Source: Aulosira sp. ZfuVER01 (GTDB taxonomy: Bacteria > Cyanobacteriota > Cyanobacteriia > Cyanobacteriales > Nostocaceae). Taken from it: a stretch of 64,000 nt of DNA. Both the position numbers and the translations under genes were made by a program. The stretch covers positions 1 to 64,000 of the forward strand of contig JAVRCV020000039.1 of the NCBI GenBank assembly GCA_034530615.2, given 5' to 3'. How positions within the stretch are numbered: position 1 is the stretch's first letter; each line of letters begins with the position of its first letter. Under the pieces are notes generated by a model. The model was not told the DNA's origin and did not search any database. It worked only from the letters and a program-made list of their open reading frames with translations. Below, piece by piece: positions 10,841 to 22,238 of this stretch.

Positions 10841-12223
10841 TTACATTTGCACAGGAATTTTAATAATAAACTCAGTGCCTTCTCCCACCACAGAGATGCA
10901 TTGCAGCTGACCGTTATGTTTATCCACAACAATTTGATAGCTGATAGATAAGCCTAATCCTGTGCCTTTACCGACGCTTTTGGTAGTGAAGAAAGGGTCA
11001 AATAATCGCTTTTGTATATCCTTGGGAATTCCCAACCCATTATCGGCAATGCGAATCAATACATAGTTATCATCTATGAGTTCAGTACGAATCCGAATAA
11101 TGGGGAATTTTTGGGATGAAGGTAGTAAATCACAACTAAAATCCGAATATTGAAAATTGTTGAATATAGCATCTATAGCATTAGCTATAATATTCATAAA
11201 TGCCTGATTGAGCAGACCAGGATAACATTCCACTAAAGGCAGTTTTTCATATTCTTTAACAACGGTAATTATTTGACCTGTTTGCTGATTTTTCAGGCGA
11301 CTTTGTAATAGTAGTAGAGTACTATCAATCCCTTCATGGATATCAACTCTTTTTATCTCAGATTCATCAAGGCGGGAGAAATTTCGTAAAGCCATAACTA
11401 TCTCGTGGATACGTTCAGTACCCGTCTTCATAGAATTCAGCAAATGCAGAAAATCAGCCGTTAAAAATTCTAGTTCAATATCAGCGATCGCAGCTTGAAT
11501 TTCTGCTGCTGGTTCAGGATAATACTTTTGGTACAGGCTAATTAAATTGAGTAAATCCTGGCTATATTCGAGCGCATAGACAACATTACCTGCAATAAAG
11601 CTGACAGGATTGTTGATTTCGTGTGCAATACCAGCAACAAGTTGTTCCAAAGCGGCCATTTTTTCATTCTGTACCAATCTGGTATAGTTATACTTTAAGG
11701 TACGAAAACCTGCTTTGGTAATTTTAGATTGTACTTCTACTTGCTCTAGTTGAGCTAGTGTTAAGACATTAATCTGCGAATAGGCTAAAAGTAATTGATG
11801 AAAATCGACTAGTTGATAATTACCAGATTTAGTTTTTACAAGAATTGGCTCATAGACAAGTTGGGGCGAGCGTTGTAATGCTATTTGAGTTGCTTCTACA
11901 ATAGTTATATCTTCAGAAACTATACATACTTCTGGCTGGAGAAAGTTAATCAGATTTTCGATTGGACGTGTAGCAAATAGTGACAAACTATAGGGGCGGC
12001 TCATGTGTTCAAAAAATCTTTGCCGCGAAATCATTCCTTGATATTCCCGATTTTTTGTCAGGATAATTCCTGGTAGTAAAGGCTCTTGTTTAAAGAGTGT
12101 ACTTAGATCGTTTACCGGACTCTTTACCTCAACATAAACTGACCACAGTGGTAATTCTTGCAAAGTTGACTCTAATTGTAAGTTCAACTGATTAACACTT
12201 GTCATGCTATGCATAGCCTGCAT
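10841..12223 (-). CDS. Cytoplasmic sensor histidine kinase with CBS-like N-terminus
   Basis: H-box AGIAHEINNP, N-box NIIANAIDA, DNGLG, FFTTK..GKGTGLGL. No obvious TM segment. Confidence 0.9.
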   Translation of the reverse strand: MQAMHSMTSVNQLNLQLESTLQELPLWSVYVEVKSPVNDLSTLFKQEPLLPGIILTKNREYQGMISRQRFFEHMSRPYSLSLFATRPIENLINFLQPEVCIVSEDITIVEATQIALQRSPQLVYEPILVKTKSGNYQLVDFHQLLLAYSQINVLTLAQLEQVEVQSKITKAGFRTLKYNYTRLVQNEKMAALEQLVAGIAHEINNPVSFIAGNVVYALEYSQDLLNLISLYQKYYPEPAAEIQAAIADIELEFLTADFLHLLNSMKTGTERIHEIVMALRNFSRLDESEIKRVDIHEGIDSTLLLLQSRLKNQQTGQIITVVKEYEKLPLVECYPGLLNQAFMNIIANAIDAIFNNFQYSDFSCDLLPSSQKFPIIRIRTELIDDNYVLIRIADNGLGIPKDIQKRLFDPFFTTKSVGKGTGLGLSISYQIVVDKHNGQLQCISVVGEGTEFIIKIPVQM

Positions 12224-12509
12224 ACTTTCAATCCTTTACCGTTGAAGTAAGATTTCTGGTAACAACCCAAACAACCATTGCAATAATTGCAAAGTTAATC
12301 AAACGTTACAAATTTATAGTTCCCGGATGATTACCCAAAATAACAGGAAACATGGGAAATTATGGAGTAAAGGTGTCCTAATGCTGCTATTAACTAGGAA
12401 AAATAATTCTTGACGGCAAATATCACCAATTTCCAGCTTTCAGGAAAAATCAACAGTGATACTAGTCATAGCAAATCTAGGTACAGTCGGCAAAGGTTGA
12501 CAAAATCTG

Positions 12510-12678
12510 GAGCGATCGCATTTCTACTATCAATCAAGTTATCATCAGATCCTGCGGCTTTTCCATACGTAACGCCTAGCATTTATGACCGCTTCTGACT
12601 CTGACAATCGCCAAAGAGAGCCAATAAGGATACTGCGTCTCACTCCAATAAGCGACTGGTAGACTGTAGCAAGCTTAG
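12510..12678 (+). pseudogene. mutS: Diverged duplicate of the mutS upstream region and first ~31 codons
   Basis: Aligns to 14727-14896. HIP1-to-ATG spacing is 73 nt in both. atgaccgcttctga and cgactggtagac..agcaagcttag are shared. A 1-nt deletion gives an early stop. Confidence 0.85.
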
Positions 12679-12879
12679 ATCCCTCTTTTGTTACCTTCGG
12701 CAGAGAATAATCTGAGACTCCTATTTTTACGTCTCTTCTCAACAAAGGTATTTAAATGATAAAGTGGGCTGGCGATCGCACAATTCATTATTTTGTTTAG
12801 CGTTCAGAAGTGGGACAGTATTTTTCTCTCCTCGTAGTAACAAAAGAGGGTTAGATAATCAGCCAGATAGGAGAACTGA

Positions 12880-14079
12880 ATGGAAGGCAAAAGATTTATC
12901 CACACACTGAGGTTAGAAAATTTTCTTTCCTATGGAAGTGAAGGCCAAGAAATTGAATTACAACCACTCAATGTCTTAATTGGAGCTAACACATCTGGAA
13001 AATCAAATTTAATTGAAGCCTTAGGAATTTTACGCGCAACGCCAACAGATTTACCAGCGCCATTTCGTCAAGGAGGAGGCGTAAATGAGTTTTTGTGGAA
13101 AGGTTCACAAGACAATCCAGTGGCTAAATTAGAAGTTACTTTAAATTATCCTCCAAGAACTCAGATTTTACGTTATCAAGTGAGTTTGACAGCAATTAAT
13201 CAAAGACTAGAGCTAGTAGATGAAGCTTTAGAAAATGAACAAGCATATCAGGGGGAAGAAGATGTTTATTTTTACTATCGTTACCAACGTGGTCGTCCTG
13301 TTTTAAATATTAACAAGATAAATAATGATGGAGAATCGATTAGACGTTCTCTGCGTCGAGAAGATTTGATTTTAGATCAGTCAGTTTTATCTCAAAGAAA
13401 AGATCCAGATTTATATCCTGAACTATCTTATCTCAGCACAGAGTTTTCTAATATAGCTTTATATCGTCACTGGCAAATGGGGCGATATTCAGAACCAAGA
13501 AATGCTCAAAAAACTGACTTACCAGAACATCCTTTACTAGAAGATGGCAGTAATTTAGGTTTGTTTTTAAATAACTTACAACACCAAATAGGTAATAGAA
13601 TAATTTTAGAAAAGTTGCAAAAATTGTATGATGTAGCTGAAGAATTAAGTGTAAGGATATATGGCGGAACAGTACAAATATTCATTCGTGAAAAAGGTCT
13701 GATTCAACCTATTCCTGCAAATCGGTTATCTGATGGGACACTGCGTTATCTATTTCTAATGGCTTTATTACTTGACCCAACGCCACCACCTCTTATTTGT
13801 CTTGAAGAACCAGAAATAGGTTTACATCCAGATATTTTACCTACTATCGCGGAAATGCTAGTCGAAGCATCTCAGAGAACGCAATTGATTGTAACAACTC
13901 ATTCTGATGCTTTAGTCTCTGCTTTAAGCGAATATCCTGAATCAGTGTTAGTTTGTGAACGAGATGAAAAAGGATCTCACCTCCGCCGTCTTGAAACTGA
14001 TAAACTAAAAAACTGGTTAGAAAACTATACTCTCGGCGACCTTTGGCGAATGGGTGAAATAGGTGGTAATCGATGGTAA
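12880..14079 (+). CDS. ABC/AAA-family ATPase (AAA_21/AAA_15-like)
   Basis: Walker A GANTSGKS, signature LSDGTLR, Walker B LEEPEIGLHP, switch TTHS. Confidence 0.9.
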   Translation: MEGKRFIHTLRLENFLSYGSEGQEIELQPLNVLIGANTSGKSNLIEALGILRATPTDLPAPFRQGGGVNEFLWKGSQDNPVAKLEVTLNYPPRTQILRYQVSLTAINQRLELVDEALENEQAYQGEEDVYFYYRYQRGRPVLNINKINNDGESIRRSLRREDLILDQSVLSQRKDPDLYPELSYLSTEFSNIALYRHWQMGRYSEPRNAQKTDLPEHPLLEDGSNLGLFLNNLQHQIGNRIILEKLQKLYDVAEELSVRIYGGTVQIFIREKGLIQPIPANRLSDGTLRYLFLMALLLDPTPPPLICLEEPEIGLHPDILPTIAEMLVEASQRTQLIVTTHSDALVSALSEYPESVLVCERDEKGSHLRRLETDKLKNWLENYTLGDLWRMGEIGGNRW

Positions 14080-14717
14080 AGGAAATTCGGATTTATATTG
14101 AGGGTGGTGGCGATGGAAAAAATACAAAAGATTTAATTAGGCAGGGATTTAGTCAGTTATTAAGTCCACTTATTGAACTAGTAAAAAGCCAAAGAATTAA
14201 ATGGAATATTACTATATGTGGTTCTCGTAACAATGCTTTCCGGGATTTTAAAAATGCTTTAAAATCTCATCCAGATGCTTTTAATGTCTTGCTTGTTGAT
14301 GCAGAAGCACCTGTGACAATAGATTCTCCTTGGAGACATTTGAAGTTGAGGGATAATTGGGATAAACCATCAGGAGTTGATGATAGTCATTGCCATTTAA
14401 TGGTGCAAGCAATGGAAGCTTGGTTTATGGCAGATATTGAAACTCTTAAAAAATTTTATGGACAGGGATTTAAAGAAAATGCTATTCCCAAAAATTCTAA
14501 CGTGGAGACTCTTGATAAAGATAACCTGGAACCAAGCCTAAAGGCTGCGACTCGTAGCACTAGCAAAGGTGAGTATCACAAAATAAATCATGCATCCAAG
14601 TTGTTAACATTGTTGGATGTGGCTAAGGTTCGTAATGCTTCGCCCTACTGCGATCGCCTCTTTACCACACTAACAGCAAAAATGGGTATATCGACCAACA
14701 GCCCCAGCGAAGAATAA
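14073..14717 (+). CDS. DUF4276-like (TOPRIM-like) protein
   Basis: IYIEGGG, LLVDAE, MEAWF, YHK motifs. Overlaps the ATPase stop, suggesting translational coupling. Confidence 0.75.
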   Translation: MVKEIRIYIEGGGDGKNTKDLIRQGFSQLLSPLIELVKSQRIKWNITICGSRNNAFRDFKNALKSHPDAFNVLLVDAEAPVTIDSPWRHLKLRDNWDKPSGVDDSHCHLMVQAMEAWFMADIETLKKFYGQGFKENAIPKNSNVETLDKDNLEPSLKAATRSTSKGEYHKINHASKLLTLLDVAKVRNASPYCDRLFTTLTAKMGISTNSPSEE

Positions 14718-14801
14718 ATAAACCTTGAGCGATCGCAATTCAAGTATCAATCAAGTTATCATCGGATATTGTGGCTTTTCCGTGCGTAACTCCTAGCATT
14801 T

Positions 14802-17444
14802 ATGACCGCTTCTGATTTTGAAATTCAGCCAACGGAATCCAATCATCCTAGTGCGCCTCACTCGGACACGCGACTGGTAGACCGCAGCAAGCTTAGTAAG
14901 ATGTACCAGCATTATGTAGAAGTGAAGGATAAGTATCCTCACGCGCTGCTGCTGTATCGGGTGGGAGATTTCTTTGAAACTTTTTTTCAAGATGCTGTCA
15001 CTGTATCTCAGGAATTGGAACTGGTTTTAACTAGCAAACACGGCGGCGAAGTTGGTCGTGTGGCGATGACAGGTGTACCACATCATGCTTGGGAACGCTA
15101 CACTACCCAACTGGTGGAAAAAGGCTACGCAGTGGTGATTTGCGACCAAGTAGAAGATGCTTCGGAAGCGGTCGGTTTGGTACGGCGGGAAGTGACGCGC
15201 ATCCTTACTCCTGGAACTTTGCTGGAAGAAGGAATGCTGAAAGCAAGTCGCAATAATTACTTAGCTGCTGTGGTAATTGCGGCTAATCATTGGGGTCTAG
15301 CTTATGCAGATATATCGACTGGAGAATTTCTCACAACACAAGGTAGCGATCTAGAACACCTCACACAGGAATTAATGCGCTTGCAGCCCTCGGAGGTGCT
15401 GTTTCCTACCAATGCTCCCGATTTAGGGACTTTACTGCGTCCGGGAGAAACTTCGCCCCATCTCCCCCAATGTTTACCACCAGCCTTTTGTTATTGCTTG
15501 CGATCGCAAGTACCCTTTTCTCAAGGAGAAGCTAGAAGTAGATTATTGCAGAAATTTAAAGTGCGATCGCTCGAAGGACTAGGTTGCGAACACCTCCCTC
15601 TCGCCGTCCGCGCTGCTGGTGGTCTTCTAGAATACCTGGAAGATACCCAAAAAGAAAACCAAGTTCCTCTGCAACTGTTACGCACCTACACCGTCACAGA
15701 CTATCTAATTGTTGACCATCAAACCCGCCGTAACCTGGAAATTACCCAAACTGTCCGTGACGGCACTTTTCATGGTTCACTGCTTTGGGCATTAGATAGA
15801 ACTAGCACAGCGATGGGTGGGCGTGCTTTACGGCGGTGGTTACTGCAACCACTAATCGATATTAAAGGCATTCGCGCAAGGCAAGATACTATTCAAGAAT
15901 TGGTAGAAAATACCGCTTTACGTCAAGACTTGCGGCAATTACTACGTCAAATTTACGACCTGGAACGGTTAACTGGGAGGGCTGGTTCTGGTACTGCTAA
16001 TGCTAAAGATTTAATGGCTTTGGCAGATTCTCTCTCACGTCTACCAGAATTGTCTGAGTTAGTAATTGAGGCGCGTTCTCCCTTTCTCAAAGCTTTGCAG
16101 AATGTGCCACCAATCTTAGAAGATTTGGCACAAAAAATCCATGCCCATATTGTCGAGTCGCCACCTATACATATTAAAGAAGGTGGCTTAATTCGTTCTG
16201 GTGTGAATAGCCTATTAGATGAAAGAAAAGCAACCGTAGAAGCGGATCAGCAGTGGATTGCTAATTTAGAAGTTGACGAACGGGCAAGAACCGGAATTCC
16301 AACTTTAAAGGTAGGATTTAATAAAACTTTTGGTTATTACATTAGTATTTCCCGTGCTAAATCCGATCAAGTACCCGCAAATTACATCCGCAAGCAAACG
16401 CTGACGAATGAGGAACGTTACATTACACCAGAGTTGAAAGAACGAGAAGCCAGGATTCTCTCAGCACGTGATGATTTAAATCAGTTGGAATATGAAGTTT
16501 TTGTCACCTTGCGGCAAGAAGTCGGAGGACAAGCGGAGATAATTCGCAATCTTTCTCGCGCAGTAGCGGCGGCGGATGTGTTGTGTGGTTTAGCGGAATT
16601 AGCGGCGCAGCAAGGTTATTGTCGTCCAGAAATGCTACCAGGACGGGAAATATCAATTGTTGATGGCAGACATCCGGTAGTGGAACAGTCTTTACCTGCG
16701 GGGTTTTTTGTACCAAATTCCACCCAATTGGGAGGGGAGGAAGACAAGGAGACGCGGAGACAGGGAGAAGCGGAGAGTAAAAATTTCCCCGCGTCCCCGC
16801 GTCCCACTGTCCCCGCATCCTCTCCCCACCCAGATCTCGTAATCCTCACTGGGCCAAATGCTAGTGGTAAGAGTTGTTATTTGCGTCAGGTGGGGTTAAT
16901 TCAGTTAATGGCGCAAACAGGGAGTTTTGTACCTGCAAGATTTGCTAAGTTGGGAGTATGCGATCGCATTTTCACTCGTGTAGGTGCAGTGGATGATTTA
17001 GCTACAGGTCAATCTACCTTTATGGTGGAGATGAATGAAACAGCGAATATTCTCAATCATGCCACATCGAGATCGCTCGTATTGTTAGATGAAATTGGCC
17101 GGGGAACGGCGACTTTTGATGGACTTTCGATAGCTTGGGCGGTAGCTGAGTATCTCGCCACAGATATCCGTGCGCGGACGATTTTTGCTACCCATTACCA
17201 CGAGTTGAACGAACTTGCAGGAATGTTAACAAATGTGGCTAATTACCAAGTGACGGTGAAAGAATTACCTGACCAAATTATCTTTTTACACCAAGTCCAA
17301 CCAGGAGGTGCTGATAAATCCTATGGTATTGAAGCGGGAAGATTAGCGGGTTTACCAGCCGTGGTCATTCAACGAGCCAAACAAGTGATGGGTCAAATTG
17401 AGAAGCATAGTAAAATTGCGATCGGTTTAAGAGAAGGTTTATAA
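14802..17444 (+). CDS. mutS: DNA mismatch repair protein MutS
   Basis: [46 protein letters not shown]. Confidence 0.98.
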   Translation: MTASDFEIQPTESNHPSAPHSDTRLVDRSKLSKMYQHYVEVKDKYPHALLLYRVGDFFETFFQDAVTVSQELELVLTSKHGGEVGRVAMTGVPHHAWERYTTQLVEKGYAVVICDQVEDASEAVGLVRREVTRILTPGTLLEEGMLKASRNNYLAAVVIAANHWGLAYADISTGEFLTTQGSDLEHLTQELMRLQPSEVLFPTNAPDLGTLLRPGETSPHLPQCLPPAFCYCLRSQVPFSQGEARSRLLQKFKVRSLEGLGCEHLPLAVRAAGGLLEYLEDTQKENQVPLQLLRTYTVTDYLIVDHQTRRNLEITQTVRDGTFHGSLLWALDRTSTAMGGRALRRWLLQPLIDIKGIRARQDTIQELVENTALRQDLRQLLRQIYDLERLTGRAGSGTANAKDLMALADSLSRLPELSELVIEARSPFLKALQNVPPILEDLAQKIHAHIVESPPIHIKEGGLIRSGVNSLLDERKATVEADQQWIANLEVDERARTGIPTLKVGFNKTFGYYISISRAKSDQVPANYIRKQTLTNEERYITPELKEREARILSARDDLNQLEYEVFVTLRQEVGGQAEIIRNLSRAVAAADVLCGLAELAAQQGYCRPEMLPGREISIVDGRHPVVEQSLPAGFFVPNSTQLGGEEDKETRRQGEAESKNFPASPRPTVPASSPHPDLVILTGPNASGKSCYLRQVGLIQLMAQTGSFVPARFAKLGVCDRIFTRVGAVDDLATGQSTFMVEMNETANILNHATSRSLVLLDEIGRGTATFDGLSIAWAVAEYLATDIRARTIFATHYHELNELAGMLTNVANYQVTVKELPDQIIFLHQVQPGGADKSYGIEAGRLAGLPAVVIQRAKQVMGQIEKHSKIAIGLREGL
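16731..16829. repeat. In-frame octamer-repeat palindrome inside mutS
   Basis: GGAGACGC/GGAGACAG arm followed by a CCCCGCGT arm, translated as [32 protein letters not shown]. Confidence 0.8.
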
Positions 17445-17499
17445 CTGTCGATTGCCACTCATACCAATTGACGAAAATTCTGATACAGATAGATTTTTT

Positions 17500-17529
17500 G
17501 TAGGGGTTTAGCATTGCTAAACCCTCTAC
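17500..17529. repeat. GTAG-type REP-like hairpin
   Basis: gtaggggtttagca-t-tgctaaaccctctac, within a larger TGATACA...TGTATCA inverted repeat. Confidence 0.65.
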
Positions 17530-17626
17530 CTACATATTTGTATCATTATTAAATTTGAAATCGTACAAGCAGATGAAAAATTGTACCTAGATGACAATCT
17601 TATTGAGATTATTTAAAGAAGTCTTA

Positions 17627-17812
17627 GGGGGCATCCCACTTTTTTTGCAACGTCATTGCGTTGGCGGAACGCCTTCCCGAAGGGTACGAAACGAAGTGCA
17701 GTGAAGCAATCGCAAAATCTTCCACTACGAACAATTCTATGCGATTGCTTCGTCGTACCTCCTCGCAATGACAGTTATACTCTCATTACGAAATAAAAAC
17801 TGGGATGCACCC
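17627..17812. mobile_element. MITE with 18-bp terminal inverted repeats and a 9-bp target-site duplication
   Basis: Left GGGGGCATCCCACTTTTT vs right reverse complement GGGTGCATCCCAGTTTTT (16/18). GAAGTCTTA is repeated exactly at 17618-17626 and 17813-17821. Non-coding palindromic interior. Confidence 0.85.
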
Positions 17813-18161
17813 GAAGTCTTATTTCTAGAGACAGTGAATAGGTTACAGGCAAAAAGAGTACGTAAATTTAAAAAAATTAAATTTGATTCAGATATTAGAC
17901 TAATTGAAAATATCAATTAGTCTAAAAAATTTACCAAAAATGTTTAGGTTATCTCTACTTTCTGAGGAAAATAATATTTCTGACAAGCAGTAAATATTGG
18001 GAATAAATTTTATTTCTAAGTTTGTTAGACTAAGCTGGTGTGAAGTGTTTTGCCTTTGGCTGAGATATGTATAAATCTGTAGTGGTGAGCCAATAGACAT
18101 CACATAAACCATAATACATAAAGGCGATCGCTTCTAGAACAGACTAGCGCCGTTTAATTGT

Positions 18162-18581
18162 CTAGGAGCCAGTCTTATCTTTTTTGATACTTTCTTCTAG
18201 GGCTTGAATTTGTTCTCGTCGGGCTTCCAATTCTAGAGAACGACGTGCTAGATCTTGATTTTGCAATGTCAGCGCTTGTCGCCAATGTTCGGCTCGTTCA
18301 GCTTCCTGTTGTAAAAAGTCTGGAGTAATACCAGTAGACAGGTAGGCTTGTATTAAATGTAGTACCCAGCTGGTGGCATCTTCTAATCTTTCTATGTCCC
18401 CTGTCGGTGAAAGTTCCACTAACACCAGCAATTTCTCGCTCATGCTGTTTCCTTTACCTAACAGTATTACCGCCTCTTCTGGAATAATTGCCCAAAGATT
18501 GTCGGCTTCTTGTCGCGCCAACAAACGCAACTGATACTGTTCTAAAAATTCGTTTTTGTGTACCTGGGCTAAATATTGCAT
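18162..18581 (-). CDS. Hypothetical protein resembling the HmpF N-terminal domain
   Basis: MQYLAQV..LRLLA..W..LVLVELSP..I..W...L..Q.Q.L.RR..E.EAR pattern recalled from the HmpF N-terminus. Confidence 0.55.
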   Translation of the reverse strand: MQYLAQVHKNEFLEQYQLRLLARQEADNLWAIIPEEAVILLGKGNSMSEKLLVLVELSPTGDIERLEDATSWVLHLIQAYLSTGITPDFLQQEAERAEHWRQALTLQNQDLARRSLELEARREQIQALEESIKKDKTGS

Positions 18582-18725
18582 GACTGTCGCTACTCTTCGA
18601 GAACTGCTTTGCAGAAAGCTCTAATTCAAAACTAAAAATTAATTTTTAATTTTTGATTTTTGATGTTTCGGGGTTGTTCATAAGTAATGGGTGAGTTAAT
18701 AATCATCACCCATTACCCATTGCAG

Positions 18726-21700
18726 TTATACTAAACCACGTAGGCGATCGCGTAAAATTTCTGCTTGTTTTTGTGCTTCCGCTAAAGCATCTCGCGCACT
18801 TTGTACCACATCTTTTGGCGCTTTATCTACAAAGTTAGCGTTGCTTAATCTTGCACTCAGAGATTGAGCTTCCGCTTCGGCTTTGCTGAGGCTTTTCTCT
18901 AGCTTGGCACGTACTGCTTCAATATCCACCACACCCTTAAGGGGAATTACTACTTGTACCGTACCCACAACACCAGCAATAGCGTTTTCTGCTTGTTCAG
19001 GCTGTGGTTCTATCTCTGGTTGATGCTTTTCTTGGGTTGGTGGGAAAAACTTCGCCCACAACTCTTGTCTAGTTTGCGCTGACAGTAAATAACGGCTAGT
19101 AAACCAAGTTGCGTAACCAAAACCCACTATTTCAAAGAAAGTCCCAAATAGAGGGACATCATCAACTGCATTCCCAACAGTGTAAGCCAACCTAGTAAAG
19201 ACAATCGCCACGATAATTAAGCCTATTGTTTTCAAACCCCTAAGAGGTTTTTTGGATGTAACTGCTGCTTTATTAGACTTATCAGCAATGGTTAAAGTCT
19301 CCACCTTCGCCAAATCTTTAATATAAGCTTGTCCCACGGTGAGAATTTGCCGTTCTGTGGGGTTTTCACTTTGGAAATTGACTGTTACTTTGGCCCCTGG
19401 CTTAATCTCCGCCTCGGCGCGTAAATTGCGAATAGTGCGGATAGTATCAATCAGCAGTTCAAACTGTGTCTCAATCTCTGGATTGATTGAGTTGCTATCG
19501 ACTTGGGGATAGGGTTGTAAGGATAAAGTTTGTGGGGAAGTTGCTGGTTGTTGAGTAAGAGTTTGCCAAATCTCCTCAGTAATATGGGGCATAAAAGGAT
19601 GGAGAAGTTTTAGAATTCCTTCCAGGACGTGAGCAATAGTTTGTTGTGCTACTCGCCGCGATGCTGGATCGGCATCTTTTTGCAAGCGAGATTTCACCAG
19701 TTCAATATACCAGTCACAGAAGTCACCCCAAATAAATTCATATAATCCTTTAGCAGCTTCACCTAAACCATAATTATCGATGTAATTAATAGTTTGTTTA
19801 ACAACTTGATGATAGCGAGAAAGAATCCAGCGATCGCTTAATTCTGTGGCGAGTGGTTGACCTAATTGTTGCGGTGTTTGTCCATCCAGGTTCATCATCA
19901 CAAACCGGGCGGCGTTCCACAACTTATTGGCAAAGTTGCGAGAAGCTTCTACCGATGGTGACTCATCCTTTTTGCGATCGTACTCCAAGCGGATATCTTG
20001 ACCTGCCCCTGCTACTTCTTTAACTAAGGTATAACGCAGAGCATCAGTGCCATATTTATCAATTAATAATAGCGGGTCAATGCCGTTACCCTTGGTCTTC
20101 GACATCTTCTGACCTTTTTCATCCAGCACTAACCCGTGGATGTAAACGTCCTGAAATGGCATTTGTCCGGTAAAGTGACCTGCCATCATTGTCATTCTGG
20201 CTACCCAGAAAAAGATAATGTCAAAGCCTGTTACTAAGGTAGTAGTGGGGTAGTAAGTCGCTAAATCCTGGGTTTGGTGCGGCCAGCCTAAAGTGGAAAA
20301 CGGCCACAGCCCTGAAGAAAACCAGGTATCTAAAACATCTGGGTCTTGTTCTAGCTGGACATTTTCACCAAATTGTGATTTAGCTTTTTCCCAAGCTTCG
20401 TCTGCTGATTTAGCAACAACAAACGGGGTAGTATCGGTAATTTGCCCGCCCGTTTCACTGACAGCGTACCATGCCGGAATTTGATGACCCCACCACAACT
20501 GACGAGAGATACACCAATCTTTGAGTTTTACCAGCCAATCGCGATAAACCTTAGTCCAGCGATGGGGGACAAACTCCGGCGAATTTTTCTGGTCGAGGAA
20601 TTCTAGCGCCTTGTCTGCCATTGGGCGAATTTTCACAAACCACTGAGTAGAGAGTAGGGGTTCAATCGGTACTTTACCGCGATCGCTATAAGGAACAGTA
20701 TGCTTATAATCCTCAACTTTTACCAAAAAGCCATCTGCCTCAAGGCGGGCAATCACATTCTTTCTAGCGACAAAGCGGTCTTGTCCTTGAAACTCCCCGG
20801 CATTAGCGTTAAGAGTACCATCCTTATTAAGGATGTTAATAAACGGCAGATTGTGACGCTTACCCATTTCAAAATCATTAGGGTCATGGGCTGGAGTCAC
20901 CTTCACGCAACCAGTACCGAAAGTTGGGTCTACAAATTCATCACCAATAATCGGGATTTCCCGTTGCGTAATTGGCAGAGTTACCGTTTTCCCTATTAGG
21001 TGCTTATATCTTTCATCACTGGGGTTAACTGCTACTCCCGTATCACCTAGCATCGTTTCTGGGCGAGTTGTCGCCACTTCCACATAACCAGAACCATCGG
21101 TGAGGGGATAGCGGAAATGCCAAAGATTACCATTGACCTCTTGATTTTCCACCTCCACATCAGATACCGCCGACTGGGAAGCAGGACACCAGTTAACTAA
21201 ATACTCACCGCGATAAATTAAGCCTTCCTCATACAAGCGAGTAAATGCTTCGATTACAGCTTGGGATAAACCTTCATCCAGGGTAAATCTTTCCCGCGAC
21301 CAGTCCACCGACACACCCAAGCGGCGTAGCTGATTCACAATAAAACCGCCCGATTCCGCCTTCCATTGTTTAGCGCGATCGAGGAATTGTTCGCGCCCTA
21401 ACTCATAGCGAGTTTTACCCTCAGTCTTGAGTTGCTTTTCCAGCATCGTGTGAACGGCGATGCTAGCGTGGTCAGTTCCGGGTAGCCATAAAGTATTGCG
21501 TCCCCGCATCCGCTGGTAGCGCACTAGGGAATCAATCAACGCACTTTCAAAAGCGTGTCCCATGTGCAAACTACCGGTGACGTTCGGCGGTGGGATCACA
21601 ACACAGTAAGTTTCGCCGCCATGATTGGGGTCGGCTTTGTAAACTTGGTTTTCTTCCCAGAATTTTTGCCATTTGGCTTCTGTGGAGAAGGGATCGTAGA

Positions 21701-21731
21701 GACTAGCGAGGTTAAGTGTAGTTGCGGTCAT
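18726..21731 (-). CDS. valS: Valine--tRNA ligase with inserted CAAD membrane domain
   Basis: [29 protein letters not shown]. Hydrophobic insertion ([18 protein letters not shown]) at about 19040-19260. Confidence 0.97.
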   Translation of the reverse strand: MTATTLNLASLYDPFSTEAKWQKFWEENQVYKADPNHGGETYCVVIPPPNVTGSLHMGHAFESALIDSLVRYQRMRGRNTLWLPGTDHASIAVHTMLEKQLKTEGKTRYELGREQFLDRAKQWKAESGGFIVNQLRRLGVSVDWSRERFTLDEGLSQAVIEAFTRLYEEGLIYRGEYLVNWCPASQSAVSDVEVENQEVNGNLWHFRYPLTDGSGYVEVATTRPETMLGDTGVAVNPSDERYKHLIGKTVTLPITQREIPIIGDEFVDPTFGTGCVKVTPAHDPNDFEMGKRHNLPFINILNKDGTLNANAGEFQGQDRFVARKNVIARLEADGFLVKVEDYKHTVPYSDRGKVPIEPLLSTQWFVKIRPMADKALEFLDQKNSPEFVPHRWTKVYRDWLVKLKDWCISRQLWWGHQIPAWYAVSETGGQITDTTPFVVAKSADEAWEKAKSQFGENVQLEQDPDVLDTWFSSGLWPFSTLGWPHQTQDLATYYPTTTLVTGFDIIFFWVARMTMMAGHFTGQMPFQDVYIHGLVLDEKGQKMSKTKGNGIDPLLLIDKYGTDALRYTLVKEVAGAGQDIRLEYDRKKDESPSVEASRNFANKLWNAARFVMMNLDGQTPQQLGQPLATELSDRWILSRYHQVVKQTINYIDNYGLGEAAKGLYEFIWGDFCDWYIELVKSRLQKDADPASRRVAQQTIAHVLEGILKLLHPFMPHITEEIWQTLTQQPATSPQTLSLQPYPQVDSNSINPEIETQFELLIDTIRTIRNLRAEAEIKPGAKVTVNFQSENPTERQILTVGQAYIKDLAKVETLTIADKSNKAAVTSKKPLRGLKTIGLIIVAIVFTRLAYTVGNAVDDVPLFGTFFEIVGFGYATWFTSRYLLSAQTRQELWAKFFPPTQEKHQPEIEPQPEQAENAIAGVVGTVQVVIPLKGVVDIEAVRAKLEKSLSKAEAEAQSLSARLSNANFVDKAPKDVVQSARDALAEAQKQAEILRDRLRGLV

Positions 21732-21803
21732 GCGGGGAAAACTAAGTTTGTCAGGACTCTAATAAATTTTGCCACAGGGTTGCAGAGGGTTTGATGGAAA
21801 CGA

Positions 21804-21835
21804 ACCGCAAAGGGCGCAAAGTACACAAAGAAAGA
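21804..21835. repeat. Left inverted repeat flanking the GxxExxY gene
   Basis: accgcaaagggcgcaaagtacacaaagaaaga; 30/32 match to the reverse complement of 22239-22270. Confidence 0.85.
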
Positions 21836-21848
21836 GGAGGAAGGGAAG

Positions 21849-22238
21849 ATGAGACAGCCAAGTAATGGGATAGAAAACTTAGCCTATGAAGTAATTGGAG
21901 CGGCAATTGAAGTACATAGGATATTAGGATCTGGATTTTTGGAGGAGGTGTATCATAAAGCTCTTAGAGAAGAATTTCTTATACGCAAGATACCTTACAA
22001 GTCTGAGCATCCAGTAAAAGTAAACTATAAAGGTCGTCCGGTAGGTGAAGGAAAATTAGATTTTTTAGTTGGCGACTCTCTAATTGTTGAATTGAAAGCG
22101 GTTCAAAATTTAACACCCATCCACGAAGCTCAAGTACTTTCCTACCTTAAAATGACTAATTACCCTTTAGCCCTGCTCATTAACTTTAACGTCCCCCTAC
22201 TCAAAGAAGGCATCAAACGTATTATTCTCTCTTCTTAA
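21849..22238 (+). CDS. GxxExxY protein (PD-(D/E)XK nuclease superfamily)
   Basis: VHRILGSGFLEEVY, LDFLV...IVELKAV, AQVLSYLK, LLINF. Confidence 0.92.
   Translation: MRQPSNGIENLAYEVIGAAIEVHRILGSGFLEEVYHKALREEFLIRKIPYKSEHPVKVNYKGRPVGEGKLDFLVGDSLIVELKAVQNLTPIHEAQVLSYLKMTNYPLALLINFNVPLLKEGIKRIILSS

Noticed and set aside
12410..12745. Small ORFs 12410-12598 and 12545-12745
   Set aside because: Explained by the degenerate mutS 5' duplicate; not independent genes.
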